Position numbers and translations under genes: made by a program. A DNA stretch of 64,000 bases from Clostridia bacterium (GTDB lineage Bacteria > Bacillota > Clostridia > Christensenellales > Borkfalkiaceae): the NCBI GenBank assembly GCA_029055875.1, contig JAIDCJ010000019.1, positions 26,897-90,896 of the forward strand, read 5' to 3'. Position 1 is the stretch's first letter. Each line of letters opens with the position of its first letter. The notes beneath the pieces are model-generated. The model was not told where the DNA came from. It saw only the letters and a program-made list of their open reading frames with translations, and made no database searches. Of this stretch, positions 8,454 through 17,562 are shown piece after piece.

Positions 8454-8799
8454 TTTTACGAATAATTAAAGTGGACTTTTTCTTTCAAAACCATTTTGCG
8501 GAGCATTTCGGGGAGCGAAAAAAGGGAAATAGAGCGACTCGAAGAGGCTTACAATGTGTTACGGCTTTGCTTGTCGAGGACGGAAAACTGAGTTTTTAAC
8601 GGCAAGAGGACTTCTCACGAGAGAGAGGCGCGCGCCCCCCGCGCGCGTCCTCGCGCGATAGCGCGGTGTTGCTTACTTGACAATAGCAACACTTAAGGGC
8701 ACTTTTTGACAATGCGCTGTCAAAAACACCCTATGGGGGAACAGAAAAGCTGCATCGGGATGATACTTAATTATTCGCAAAACACAGCTTTTACGAATA
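8454..8799. repeat. repeat-flanked, hairpin-rich insert (MITE-like or structured RNA candidate)
   Basis: - 11 bp direct repeat TTTTACGAATA at 8454 and 8789.
- Inverted repeat CGAATAATTAAAGT (8459) / ACTTAATTATTCG (8765).
- Four strong hairpins between 8625 and 8726. Confidence 0.45.
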
Positions 8800-9047
8800 G
8801 TAATGGGTAAAATATGCGCCGATAGGATGGATTTTGGTCGTTTTAGTTTTTTTGTGATTTTCTTATACCGCTATTCATTTTTAAGTTTCAAAAAAGTGAT
8901 TTGTTTATCTATTTTTTTAAAATTCATAATTAAAAATATCAGCACATTTTTGGGAGAAAATTCTCGTATGCTGATATTAATTGTATGCCATTATTAATTG
9001 ATTAAAATATTATGTCACACATAATTATAAATAGTATGTCAGAAATA

Positions 9048-10877
9048 CTATTTAATTTTTGACAGAATTCCGTATGAGTAAGCATTGATTTCAAGTTTTC
9101 CGTCTAACTTAATGCCGCTCAAGTACTCCTGATAAATTCCGTCAAATTGAATTGTGTATCTCTGTGATGAATTATTAACAAAAATATATGCTGCTTCGTT
9201 ACCTGTCCTGCGTTCATAGACAATACAACCACAGTCAGAAAAAATTTCCTTGTAGATGCCTTCCTTAAAGACTTCTGGTAATTTTTGTGTGCGAATCTCA
9301 CCAAGTTTCTGATAAAATGCGTGCAGAGAAGTATCTACCCTTGACCAATCAAAGCAACGGCGGCAGAACGGATCCTGATAGCCTTCCATGCCTATTTCAT
9401 CGCCATAGTAGATACAAGGAACGCCCGGAAGCGTAAATTGCAAAACAGCCGCCATCATAACACGTTTCATTCCGATTGTGCGTTGAGCTTCCGTAAGATA
9501 CGTGTGTGCCATTTCATTTTTATCAGAACAGGGTTTCCCGCCAAGTACCGTGAGAATGCGTACAGTATCATGTGTTCCGAGAATATTCATTAAACAGTCA
9601 AGCGTCTGTTTGGGATAATGATCGATGAGCATAGAAATTGTTTCGCGCAGTTCAGCTGTTCTTCCCGATAAAATAAAATTTATGATGGCGTTCTTTAAGG
9701 GATAATTCATGACGCTGTCAAGCTCCGTACCGAGTAAATAGCGTCTGCGTTCATCGTAGGAAATTTTATTGGACGCGTCTTCCCAAACTTCGCCGATAAT
9801 TAGTGCCTCAGGCGATTCTTCCTTAACGGCCGTGCGAAGCCTCTCCAAAAAGAAATCGGGGAGTTCGTCAGCAACGTCGAGCCGCCAACCTCCGATTCCG
9901 TGTCGTAACCAATTTTTCAGCACGCCGTCATGCCCAAAAATGAAATTCTGATAGGATTCAGACTGCTCGTTTATGGCAGGAAGCGTTTCAATACCCCACC
10001 AACTTGTATATTTTGATGGATATTCATCGAAACAATACCAATCGATATAGCGGGAATCCGGCGATTGATGTGCGCCGAGTTCTTCTTTATAGTTGCCGTA
10101 TTTGTTGAAGTAACGACTGTCATCTCCCGTATGATTAAATACGCCGTCTAAAATAATACGTATCCCCAAATCTTTTGCCTTTTTTACCATGCGATCAAAA
10201 TCTTCCGTTGTACCGAGAAGCGGGTCGATTTTCATATAGTCGCCCGTATCATAACGGTGATTGGAATACGCTTCAAAGATGGGATTGAGATAAATAACAC
10301 TTACGTTGAGTTCTTTCAGATAATCTAACTTTTCGTAAATTCCGTTCAAATTTCCGCCGAAGAAATCGTTATTCAGAACCTTGCCGTGGCTATTCGGTTT
10401 GTAGCTCGGAAGCCCGCCCCAGTCCTCTCGTAAGACTTTATTTTCTGAAATAAGATTTTCTCCCGATTTATAAAAACGATCGGGAAAAATCTGATACATA
10501 ATGCCGCCTTTCATCCAATCGGGCGTTTTATAGCCTTCCTCAAATACGATAAGCTGCCAGCTTTTGTGCGGCGGCTCAAAATTCCCGTAACGCATATCTG
10601 CGCAGCCATAAAAACGGCCGTCAAGGCGGAAACGATAGAAATACAACCCGACCCGGCTAAAATTGAGCGTGACGGAAAATCCGTCTTCCACGCGTTCCAT
10701 CGGAATCTCTTTTTCCTCATTTCCGTCAAGGCAATATAAGAAATGACATGTTTGAGCGGAGAAGTTATCTTCTCCGCCCTTTTCCTCTACAATATGAAAA
10801 GTAATAGAATGATTGGCCGGGATTGCTCCCGTGATAGATTTGCAATTTCTATCAAGTGAATTGTAATGGTAGTTCAT
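9048..10877 (-). CDS. GH13 alpha-amylase family enzyme (neopullulanase/cyclomaltodextrinase-like), cytoplasmic
   Basis: GH13 conserved regions (DGVFNHT, GWRLDVADE, EVWED, THD). No signal peptide. Lies downstream of the glg operon. Confidence 0.8.
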   Translation of the reverse strand: MNYHYNSLDRNCKSITGAIPANHSITFHIVEEKGGEDNFSAQTCHFLYCLDGNEEKEIPMERVEDGFSVTLNFSRVGLYFYRFRLDGRFYGCADMRYGNFEPPHKSWQLIVFEEGYKTPDWMKGGIMYQIFPDRFYKSGENLISENKVLREDWGGLPSYKPNSHGKVLNNDFFGGNLNGIYEKLDYLKELNVSVIYLNPIFEAYSNHRYDTGDYMKIDPLLGTTEDFDRMVKKAKDLGIRIILDGVFNHTGDDSRYFNKYGNYKEELGAHQSPDSRYIDWYCFDEYPSKYTSWWGIETLPAINEQSESYQNFIFGHDGVLKNWLRHGIGGWRLDVADELPDFFLERLRTAVKEESPEALIIGEVWEDASNKISYDERRRYLLGTELDSVMNYPLKNAIINFILSGRTAELRETISMLIDHYPKQTLDCLMNILGTHDTVRILTVLGGKPCSDKNEMAHTYLTEAQRTIGMKRVMMAAVLQFTLPGVPCIYYGDEIGMEGYQDPFCRRCFDWSRVDTSLHAFYQKLGEIRTQKLPEVFKEGIYKEIFSDCGCIVYERRTGNEAAYIFVNNSSQRYTIQFDGIYQEYLSGIKLDGKLEINAYSYGILSKIK

Positions 10878-10919
10878 GTTGTGTACTCGTGATTTGCGGT
10901 GAGCAAACCCGCCTTAAAC

Positions 10920-13346
10920 TCATTTGTTGATAGGCTTTATGTTCCAAATGTTATTTGCGTAATCGCGAATGCTTCTGTCTGCGGAGAAATATCCTGCAGC
11001 GGCGATATTGCAAAGCGACATTCTATTCCATTCTTTTTTATTGTTGCGGTAAGTTTCGGACATTTTGTTTTGGGTCTGTGCGTAAGAGTCGTAATCGGCA
11101 AGGCACATATAAGGATCCGCAACAGGTGAATTGCGAAGCAGATAATTTGATATATCGGCAAACGAAGTACCGTTGAAGCCAACAATCAGCGTTTCAAGAA
11201 CCTTACGCATGTCTGAGTTGCGGTTATAATAGTAACTTGAATTATAGCCGTTTTCCCAAATTTCTTTGACTTCTTTGGCTTTCAGACCGAAGATGAAAAT
11301 ATTATCCTCACTTGCAAGCTCTGCCATTTCCACGTTTGCGCCGTCCAACGTTCCGATTGTGAGTGCGCCGTTGATCATGAATTTCATGTTACCGGTACCG
11401 CTCGCCTCTTTACCTGCAAGCGAAATCTGTTCTGAAATTTCCGAAGCGGGCATCAACTTTTCAGACATGGTAACGTTATAGTTTTCCATGTATATAACGT
11501 TAAGCTTTTCCCGAATCTTGGGATTTTTATTAATATCTTCGGAAAGGAAACAAATCAACCTCATAATTTGTTTCGCCATTTCATATCCTGCGGCCGCCTT
11601 TGCACCAAAGATATACGTTTTGGGAAGAATATCGAGGTCGGGATTTTCGCGCAATGCGTTGTAGTCTGCAATGATATGCAGTACGTTCAGAAGCTGACGC
11701 TTATATTCGTGCATACGCTTTGCCTGCACGTCGAACACCGTGTTGGGATCGATATCTACGCCCTGATATTTCTTTGCGTATTCCGCAAACTGCTTTTTCT
11801 TAATCGACTTGATTTCGTCGAGCCGTTTTAATACGCTTGCATCATGTTCAAATTTCTTAAAATCGGCCAGTTTAGAAGAATCCTTGTCAAATCCGTCGCC
11901 GATGCAGTCAGAAAGCAATTCGCAAAGTTCGGGATTGGATTGATTGAGCCAACGCCTATGTGCAATTCCGTTCGTCACGTTGCAGAATTTTTGCGGCGTG
12001 TAATCATAGAAATCCTTAAAAATGCTGTCTTTAATGATATCGCTGTGAAGCGCAGAAACACCGTTCACGCTATGCGAACCCATGACGCAGAGATTCGCCA
12101 TACGCACGGTATTGTGCGAAAGAATCGCCATGTGGGAAATTTTGTTCCAATCGCCGGGGAATCTGTTCCACAAATCGTCACAGAAACGGCGGTTGATTTC
12201 TTTAATGACACTATAAACGCGCGGGAGCTTCCTCACAACCAAATCCTCCGACCAAGTTTCCAAAGCCTCTGCAAGCACCGTATGGTTGGTGTATGCGCAC
12301 GTAGCCGTTGTGATTTTCCAAGCGGTATCCCAATCAAAGCGGTTTTCGTCAATTAAAATGCGCATGAGCTCGGGAATCGCCAATGCCGGATGGGTATCGT
12401 TAATGTGAATTGCCGCCATTTGCGGAAGCAGCGTAAGCGAACCGTAACGGCGTTTATGATCGGAAACGATACATTGCAAAGACGCCGAAACAAGGAAATA
12501 TTGTTGTTTTAAGCGAAGTGATTTTCCCTCGTAATGATTATCCGAAGGATATAAAACTTTGGAAATAAGCTGCGCATCGGTATCTTCCCGCATAACTTCA
12601 TTGTAATTACCCTGCGAGAACAGCTGCATATCGAACTTCTGGACGGCGTGAGATCGCCAAAGGCGAAGCACGCTTACCGCCTCGGAATTCGCGCCCGAAA
12701 CCATCATGTCAAACGCGACCGCTTCCACTTCCTTTGCGTTATGGTAGACGATCTCCATTCCGTGATCCGTCCACTTTTCTTCGATTTCCCCGTCAAATTT
12801 TACGATGAACTGTTTATCGGTGCGCTGTGTGAGCCACGCCTCGCCGCCGGGGAGCCAGTCGTCAGGCAGCTCCATCTGCCAACCGTCTACGATTTTTTGT
12901 TTGAAAAGTCCGTACTGATAGCAAATCGAGAACCCCATTGCCGGATAGTTCTGCGTTGCAAGACCGTCTAAGAAGCACGCCGCGAGTCTTCCGAGTCCCC
13001 CGTTTCCGAGCCCCGCATCGGGCTCTTCCTCGTAAAGGTCCTCTAAACTTACGTTTATTTTCTTGAGTGCACCCTCTATGGCATTTTTGATTCCGAGATT
13101 GTAGATGCTGTTTTTGAGCGATCTTCCCATAAGGAATTCCATGCAAAGATAATATACTCTCTTCGCCTTTGCATTTTTCATTTTTACGTGAAAACGCTGG
13201 CGCTTTTCAAGCATATAATCTTTCACGCTCATGACAACGGCTTTATAAACCTGTTCTCTCGTTGCCTCTGCGGGCCGCAATCCGAAATAGCGTGTCAGCT
13301 TACCCGTAATTTGGCGATAAGCTTCTTGTTCGGTAAAGTTGTTCAT
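10920..13346 (-). CDS. glgP: glycogen/maltodextrin phosphorylase
   Basis: GT35 with PLP site EASGTGNMKFMINGALTIGTLDGANVE. Confidence 0.95.
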   Translation of the reverse strand: MNNFTEQEAYRQITGKLTRYFGLRPAEATREQVYKAVVMSVKDYMLEKRQRFHVKMKNAKAKRVYYLCMEFLMGRSLKNSIYNLGIKNAIEGALKKINVSLEDLYEEEPDAGLGNGGLGRLAACFLDGLATQNYPAMGFSICYQYGLFKQKIVDGWQMELPDDWLPGGEAWLTQRTDKQFIVKFDGEIEEKWTDHGMEIVYHNAKEVEAVAFDMMVSGANSEAVSVLRLWRSHAVQKFDMQLFSQGNYNEVMREDTDAQLISKVLYPSDNHYEGKSLRLKQQYFLVSASLQCIVSDHKRRYGSLTLLPQMAAIHINDTHPALAIPELMRILIDENRFDWDTAWKITTATCAYTNHTVLAEALETWSEDLVVRKLPRVYSVIKEINRRFCDDLWNRFPGDWNKISHMAILSHNTVRMANLCVMGSHSVNGVSALHSDIIKDSIFKDFYDYTPQKFCNVTNGIAHRRWLNQSNPELCELLSDCIGDGFDKDSSKLADFKKFEHDASVLKRLDEIKSIKKKQFAEYAKKYQGVDIDPNTVFDVQAKRMHEYKRQLLNVLHIIADYNALRENPDLDILPKTYIFGAKAAAGYEMAKQIMRLICFLSEDINKNPKIREKLNVIYMENYNVTMSEKLMPASEISEQISLAGKEASGTGNMKFMINGALTIGTLDGANVEMAELASEDNIFIFGLKAKEVKEIWENGYNSSYYYNRNSDMRKVLETLIVGFNGTSFADISNYLLRNSPVADPYMCLADYDSYAQTQNKMSETYRNNKKEWNRMSLCNIAAAGYFSADRSIRDYANNIWNIKPINK

Positions 13347-13378
13347 TCTGTCCTTTTATCTCCTGAATAATTATTGTC

Positions 13379-15175
13379 TTATTTTAGCATTCCCAAATAC
13401 AAACCTTCGTAATATTTTGCGGAGGTCGCCCATGAGAAATCTGTTTCCATTGCCTTCTTCACTAATTTTTCCCATTCCTTCGGATTATGATACAGCGCGA
13501 TTGCCTCGCGAATCACGTAAAGCATATCTTGCGAGTTGTAATTGTGGAAGGTAAAGCCGTTCCCGCCCGCGCCGTAAGGCGTGATGCTGTCGCGAAGGCC
13601 TCCCGTTTCACGCACAACGGAAACCGTACCGTAACGGGATGCAATCATTTGGGAAAGGCCGCAAGGCTCGCTCTTGGAGGGCATGAGGAATATATCCGCA
13701 CCCGAGTAAATTTTGCGCGATAAATCGGAATTAAACGAGATAATAGAAACCACTTTTCCGGGATATCTGCGGGCAAGATCGTTGAAATAGTTTTCGTAAG
13801 CCGAGTCGCCTGTGCCGAGCAAGACGAACTGCACGTCGTCTTGAAGCACCTGCTCGATGACTTCTCTGACAAGGTCTAATCCCTTATGAGAAACAAGGCG
13901 GGAAATCATAGCAATGACAGGCGTATCTTTCTTTACGGGAAGATTGAGCATACGCTGCAACTCCTCTTTACACGTCGCCTTTGCCTGAGGTTTTGCCGCA
14001 TTGTAATGAGCAAATAACGATTTATCCGTTTCGGGGTTATAATAATCGATATCGATTCCGTTCAGAATTCCGCAAAGTTTAAACTCGTTGCGGCGCACGA
14101 TTTCATCCAGCCCGTGCGAATAGTACGGATCTTTAATTTCACCTGCATAAGTGGGCGAAACCGTAGAGAATTTTTCACAGCACTCAATTGCGCCCTTCAT
14201 GAGGTTAATACAATGGTCGTATTCTACCAAAGAACGATATTGATTGGAAATACCGAATAAATCTTCCAAGATATCAAGCGAATATTTTCCTTGATATTCT
14301 ATGTTGTGAATGGTAAATACGGCACGGATAAACTGATATTCGGGACGGTAGCAGTAAATCGTTTTCAGATAAAGCGCCGCCAAAGCCGCCTGCCAATCGT
14401 GGCAATGCAAAATTTCGGGATAGAATCCGATGAACGGCAGAATCTCCATGACGCTACGGCAGAAGAACGCAAAACGCTCGCCGTCGTCATAATAGCCGTA
14501 GCATCCGGGGCGTTTGAAGTAGTATTCGTTATCAACAAAATAGAACTTCACGTTGTTTGCATCGTATTCAAAGATGCCGCAATATTGGTTTCTCCAAGAG
14601 AGCGGAACGAAAATATTGCCGAGGAATTTGAAGTCCTTGCGATATTCTTTTTTGATATCCTGATAGAGCGGAATAATAACACGAACGTCAAAGCGTTCGT
14701 CCTTGGCAATAGCTTTTGAAAGCGAACCGATTACTTCCGCAAGGCCGCCCGTTGCAATGAACGGCGCCGCTTCCGACGCAACGAACAGAATCTTCTTTTT
14801 AGGCTCCACTTTAATTTCTACAGGCGTTGCCTCCACTTTCTTCGGCTTTGTAGCAATTACCTCGGGCTCGATTTTGGGCTCGGGTTTCTTTGTTTCTTTC
14901 GGCTTAGGCGACTTCGCAGGCGCAATCTTTGCGGGAGCAACTGCCTTTTGAGGTACAGGTGAAGCCTTAACCGTAGGCTTTGTAACTTTCTTTACTACGG
15001 CCGCGGGCGTTTTTTTCGGTTCGGTTTTAGTAGCCGCTTGGGGTGCAGTAGCTTTCACTTCTTTCACCTTTACTTCTTTTGCGGCGGGAGCCTTAACCGC
15101 AGGTTTCACCTCTGCGGACTTTTGTGCAACAGTCGGCTTTTTTGCCGTAGTTTTTTTTGTTGTAGTTGTGCTCAT
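13379..15175 (-). CDS. glgA: glycogen synthase with an N-terminal Lys/Pro/Ala/Val-rich extension of about 125 aa
   Basis: The GT5 core begins at KKILFVASEAAPFIATGGLAEV. The preceding residues are low-complexity (KKPTVAQK..KPKETKKPEPK). Confidence 0.9.
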   Translation of the reverse strand: MSTTTTKKTTAKKPTVAQKSAEVKPAVKAPAAKEVKVKEVKATAPQAATKTEPKKTPAAVVKKVTKPTVKASPVPQKAVAPAKIAPAKSPKPKETKKPEPKIEPEVIATKPKKVEATPVEIKVEPKKKILFVASEAAPFIATGGLAEVIGSLSKAIAKDERFDVRVIIPLYQDIKKEYRKDFKFLGNIFVPLSWRNQYCGIFEYDANNVKFYFVDNEYYFKRPGCYGYYDDGERFAFFCRSVMEILPFIGFYPEILHCHDWQAALAALYLKTIYCYRPEYQFIRAVFTIHNIEYQGKYSLDILEDLFGISNQYRSLVEYDHCINLMKGAIECCEKFSTVSPTYAGEIKDPYYSHGLDEIVRRNEFKLCGILNGIDIDYYNPETDKSLFAHYNAAKPQAKATCKEELQRMLNLPVKKDTPVIAMISRLVSHKGLDLVREVIEQVLQDDVQFVLLGTGDSAYENYFNDLARRYPGKVVSIISFNSDLSRKIYSGADIFLMPSKSEPCGLSQMIASRYGTVSVVRETGGLRDSITPYGAGGNGFTFHNYNSQDMLYVIREAIALYHNPKEWEKLVKKAMETDFSWATSAKYYEGLYLGMLK

Positions 15176-15218
15176 AATATTCCCCCTATTAAAGCGCCGA
15201 AAAAGCGCACGATTCCAT

Positions 15219-16337
15219 TTAGATCATTTTTCCCTTTGCAATAAAGTAAGGAAGAGTTTCACAGCCTGCAAGGTGACGTCTGTCGCGAATGACTGCATTT
15301 TTATCCGTAATCACGCAATCGAGCTGCACGTCGGATCCGACCACCGTATCCTGCATGAGGATAGAATTCTTAATTACGCTACCCTTCCCGACGTTCACTC
15401 CGCGGAAGAGAATGCAGTTTTCTACCGTGCCGTCGATCACGCAGCCGTCGGAGATCAAAGAATTCTTTACAATTGCGTTTTCAGTGTACTTGGAAGGCGC
15501 AGAATCACGCACCTTAGTATAAATATCGCGCGCACCGAATAATTCGCTGCGAACGTCCTTTTCCAGCAATTCCATGCTGTGCTGGAAATACTTTTCAAGG
15601 CTGTTGATTCCTGCAAAATAGCCGTCGAATTTATAAGCGTAAACCTTCAAAGTATCTAAATTCTTTGTGAGGATATCTCTGCCAAAGCTCGAAAGTCCGC
15701 GCGTTACGGCATCTTGGATAATATTGATTAAGAATTCACGGTTGAAAACCATGATATTGATATAGAGATTAAACTTTTCATTCTTTTTGAGTTTGGGATT
15801 AATTTTTACCCCTTTCACGCGTCCGCTTGCATCAGGATCGAGCGTGAGGAAATAGGAAGAATGGTATTCGCCCTTTTCCTCATGATATACCATCGTGAAA
15901 TCGGAATGCTTGCTCTCATGATAATGAATGACGTCTGCAATGTCTACACGTGCGATTGCGTCGCAGTCGGAAATAACGACGTATTCCTCTTTTCTGCGGT
16001 TCAGAAAGCCCGTAATGCCCTTTAACGCTTCCAGACGGTTGGTGTAGGGTGCTTCGTTCTCATCGTAATAAGGCGGAAGCAACACGATACCACCGTCCTT
16101 TCTTGCAAGATCCCAGTCTTTTCCGCTGCCGATATGGTCAATCAAAGATTGATAATTATTCTTCGTGACGATACCCACCGTCGTGATGCCGGAATTCACC
16201 ATGTTGGAAAGCGCGAAATCGATTAAACGGTACCTTCCCCCGAAAGGAATTGACGCCATCGTTCTGTGGTGCGAGAGTTCGGGTATATTATCGTCATGTA
16301 TATTGGAAAAAATGACGCCGACTGCCTGATTAGCCAT
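15219..16337 (-). CDS. glgD: glucose-1-phosphate adenylyltransferase subunit GlgD
   Basis: GlgC paralogue lacking the GGxGxRL motif, with a left-handed beta-helix C-terminus. Position between glgC and glgA matches Bacillus. Confidence 0.8.
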   Translation of the reverse strand: MANQAVGVIFSNIHDDNIPELSHHRTMASIPFGGRYRLIDFALSNMVNSGITTVGIVTKNNYQSLIDHIGSGKDWDLARKDGGIVLLPPYYDENEAPYTNRLEALKGITGFLNRRKEEYVVISDCDAIARVDIADVIHYHESKHSDFTMVYHEEKGEYHSSYFLTLDPDASGRVKGVKINPKLKKNEKFNLYINIMVFNREFLINIIQDAVTRGLSSFGRDILTKNLDTLKVYAYKFDGYFAGINSLEKYFQHSMELLEKDVRSELFGARDIYTKVRDSAPSKYTENAIVKNSLISDGCVIDGTVENCILFRGVNVGKGSVIKNSILMQDTVVGSDVQLDCVITDKNAVIRDRRHLAGCETLPYFIAKGKMI

Positions 16338-17538
16338 TGTTTGTTTCCCCCTTGTAATCTTTATCGATTATCTGTCCGCCTGCAACCTTTACGCCTGCCG
16401 CAACGGTAATTTCTCTGCCAAGAACCGCAATGCCTGCATTCTTGTTTTTATCTTCTCCGATACATGCGCCGTCGTCAATCACAACGTTTTCGTCGATTAT
16501 CGAGTACGAAACCGTTGCGCCTTTCTTGACGACCGTTCCCGCCATAATCACGCTGTCCTTTACAACTGCACCCTTTTCAACGATGACGCCCGTTGCAAGC
16601 ACGGAATTTTCTACGGTACCATCAATTTCACAACCGAGCGCAATGAGTGAGTTGGAGACTTTTGCATCATTGCCGAGATATTCGGGAGGAGCTAACGGAT
16701 TTCGGGAATGAATTTTCCAGTCGGGGTCACCCACGTCGAACGCAGGCTTTACACCGAGTAAATCCATATTCGATTCCCAAAGCGAGGAAATTGTACCAAC
16801 GTCTTTCCAATAGCCGCTGAAACGGTAAGACTGCATCTTCTCGCCCGCATTCAGCATGGCGGGAAGCACGTCTTTGCCGAAATCTTTGCTGGAATCGGGG
16901 TTCGCTTCATCCGCTTCCAGATATTGATAGAGCTTTTCCGCCGTGAAAATATAGATTCCCATAGAGGCAAGATTGCTCTTGGGCTGTTTGGGCTTCTCTT
17001 CAAATTCGTAAATAGAACCGTCTTTATTCGTATTCAGAACGCCGAAGCGGGACGCCTCTTTGAGCGGAACTTCGATTGCCGCAATCGTGCAGGCCGCGCC
17101 CGTTTCCTTATGTGCTTTCAGCATTGCGGCATAGTCCATTTTATAGATGTGGTCGCCTGAAAGAATGAGAATATAATCGGGATTGTACTTCTTCATGAAG
17201 TTCATATTTTGGTAAATGGCGTTCGCCGTACCCTCGTACCAGGACGATTTCTTTTTCGCCTGATAGGGAGAAAGGATATGCACACCGCCGAAGGCGCGGT
17301 CCAAATCCCACGGCTGACCGTTTCCGATATACTCGTTGAGTTCCAGCGGCTGATACTGCGTGAGTACGCCTACCGTGTCAATCCCCGAATTGATGCAGTT
17401 ACTGAGCGGGAAGTCAATAATACGATACTTCGCGCCAAACGCAACCGCAGGTTTTGCAATATTATTGGTGAGCGCATAAAGTCTGCTTCCCTGACCGCCC
17501 GCTAACAGCATTGCAACGCATTCTTTCTTTCTGAACAT
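16330..17538 (-). CDS. glgC: glucose-1-phosphate adenylyltransferase
   Basis: [10 protein letters not shown] nucleotide-binding loop and FEEKP motif. Overlaps glgD by 8 nt. Confidence 0.9.
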   Translation of the reverse strand: MFRKKECVAMLLAGGQGSRLYALTNNIAKPAVAFGAKYRIIDFPLSNCINSGIDTVGVLTQYQPLELNEYIGNGQPWDLDRAFGGVHILSPYQAKKKSSWYEGTANAIYQNMNFMKKYNPDYILILSGDHIYKMDYAAMLKAHKETGAACTIAAIEVPLKEASRFGVLNTNKDGSIYEFEEKPKQPKSNLASMGIYIFTAEKLYQYLEADEANPDSSKDFGKDVLPAMLNAGEKMQSYRFSGYWKDVGTISSLWESNMDLLGVKPAFDVGDPDWKIHSRNPLAPPEYLGNDAKVSNSLIALGCEIDGTVENSVLATGVIVEKGAVVKDSVIMAGTVVKKGATVSYSIIDENVVIDDGACIGEDKNKNAGIAVLGREITVAAGVKVAGGQIIDKDYKGETNNG

Positions 17539-17562
17539 AATAATTCCCCCAATAAACTAACT

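Noticed and set aside
8625-8665. GC-rich hairpins as the amylase or recombinase terminator.
   Set aside because: No U-tract follows on either strand, and they lie about 400 nt from the amylase stop. They are kept as part of the structured module instead.
8803-8997. 64 aa + strand ORF in the AT-rich spacer.
   Set aside because: It has low-complexity Phe/Ile/Lys-rich translation, no RBS, and an AT-rich intergenic composition. It is treated as non-coding.
8994-9025. dif-like site (ATATTATGT resembles the XerD-arm side of Bacillus dif).
   Set aside because: The putative left arm has no ..ATAA inner end and no dyad relation to the right arm. The core 13-mer recurs at 27364, which argues against a unique dif site.
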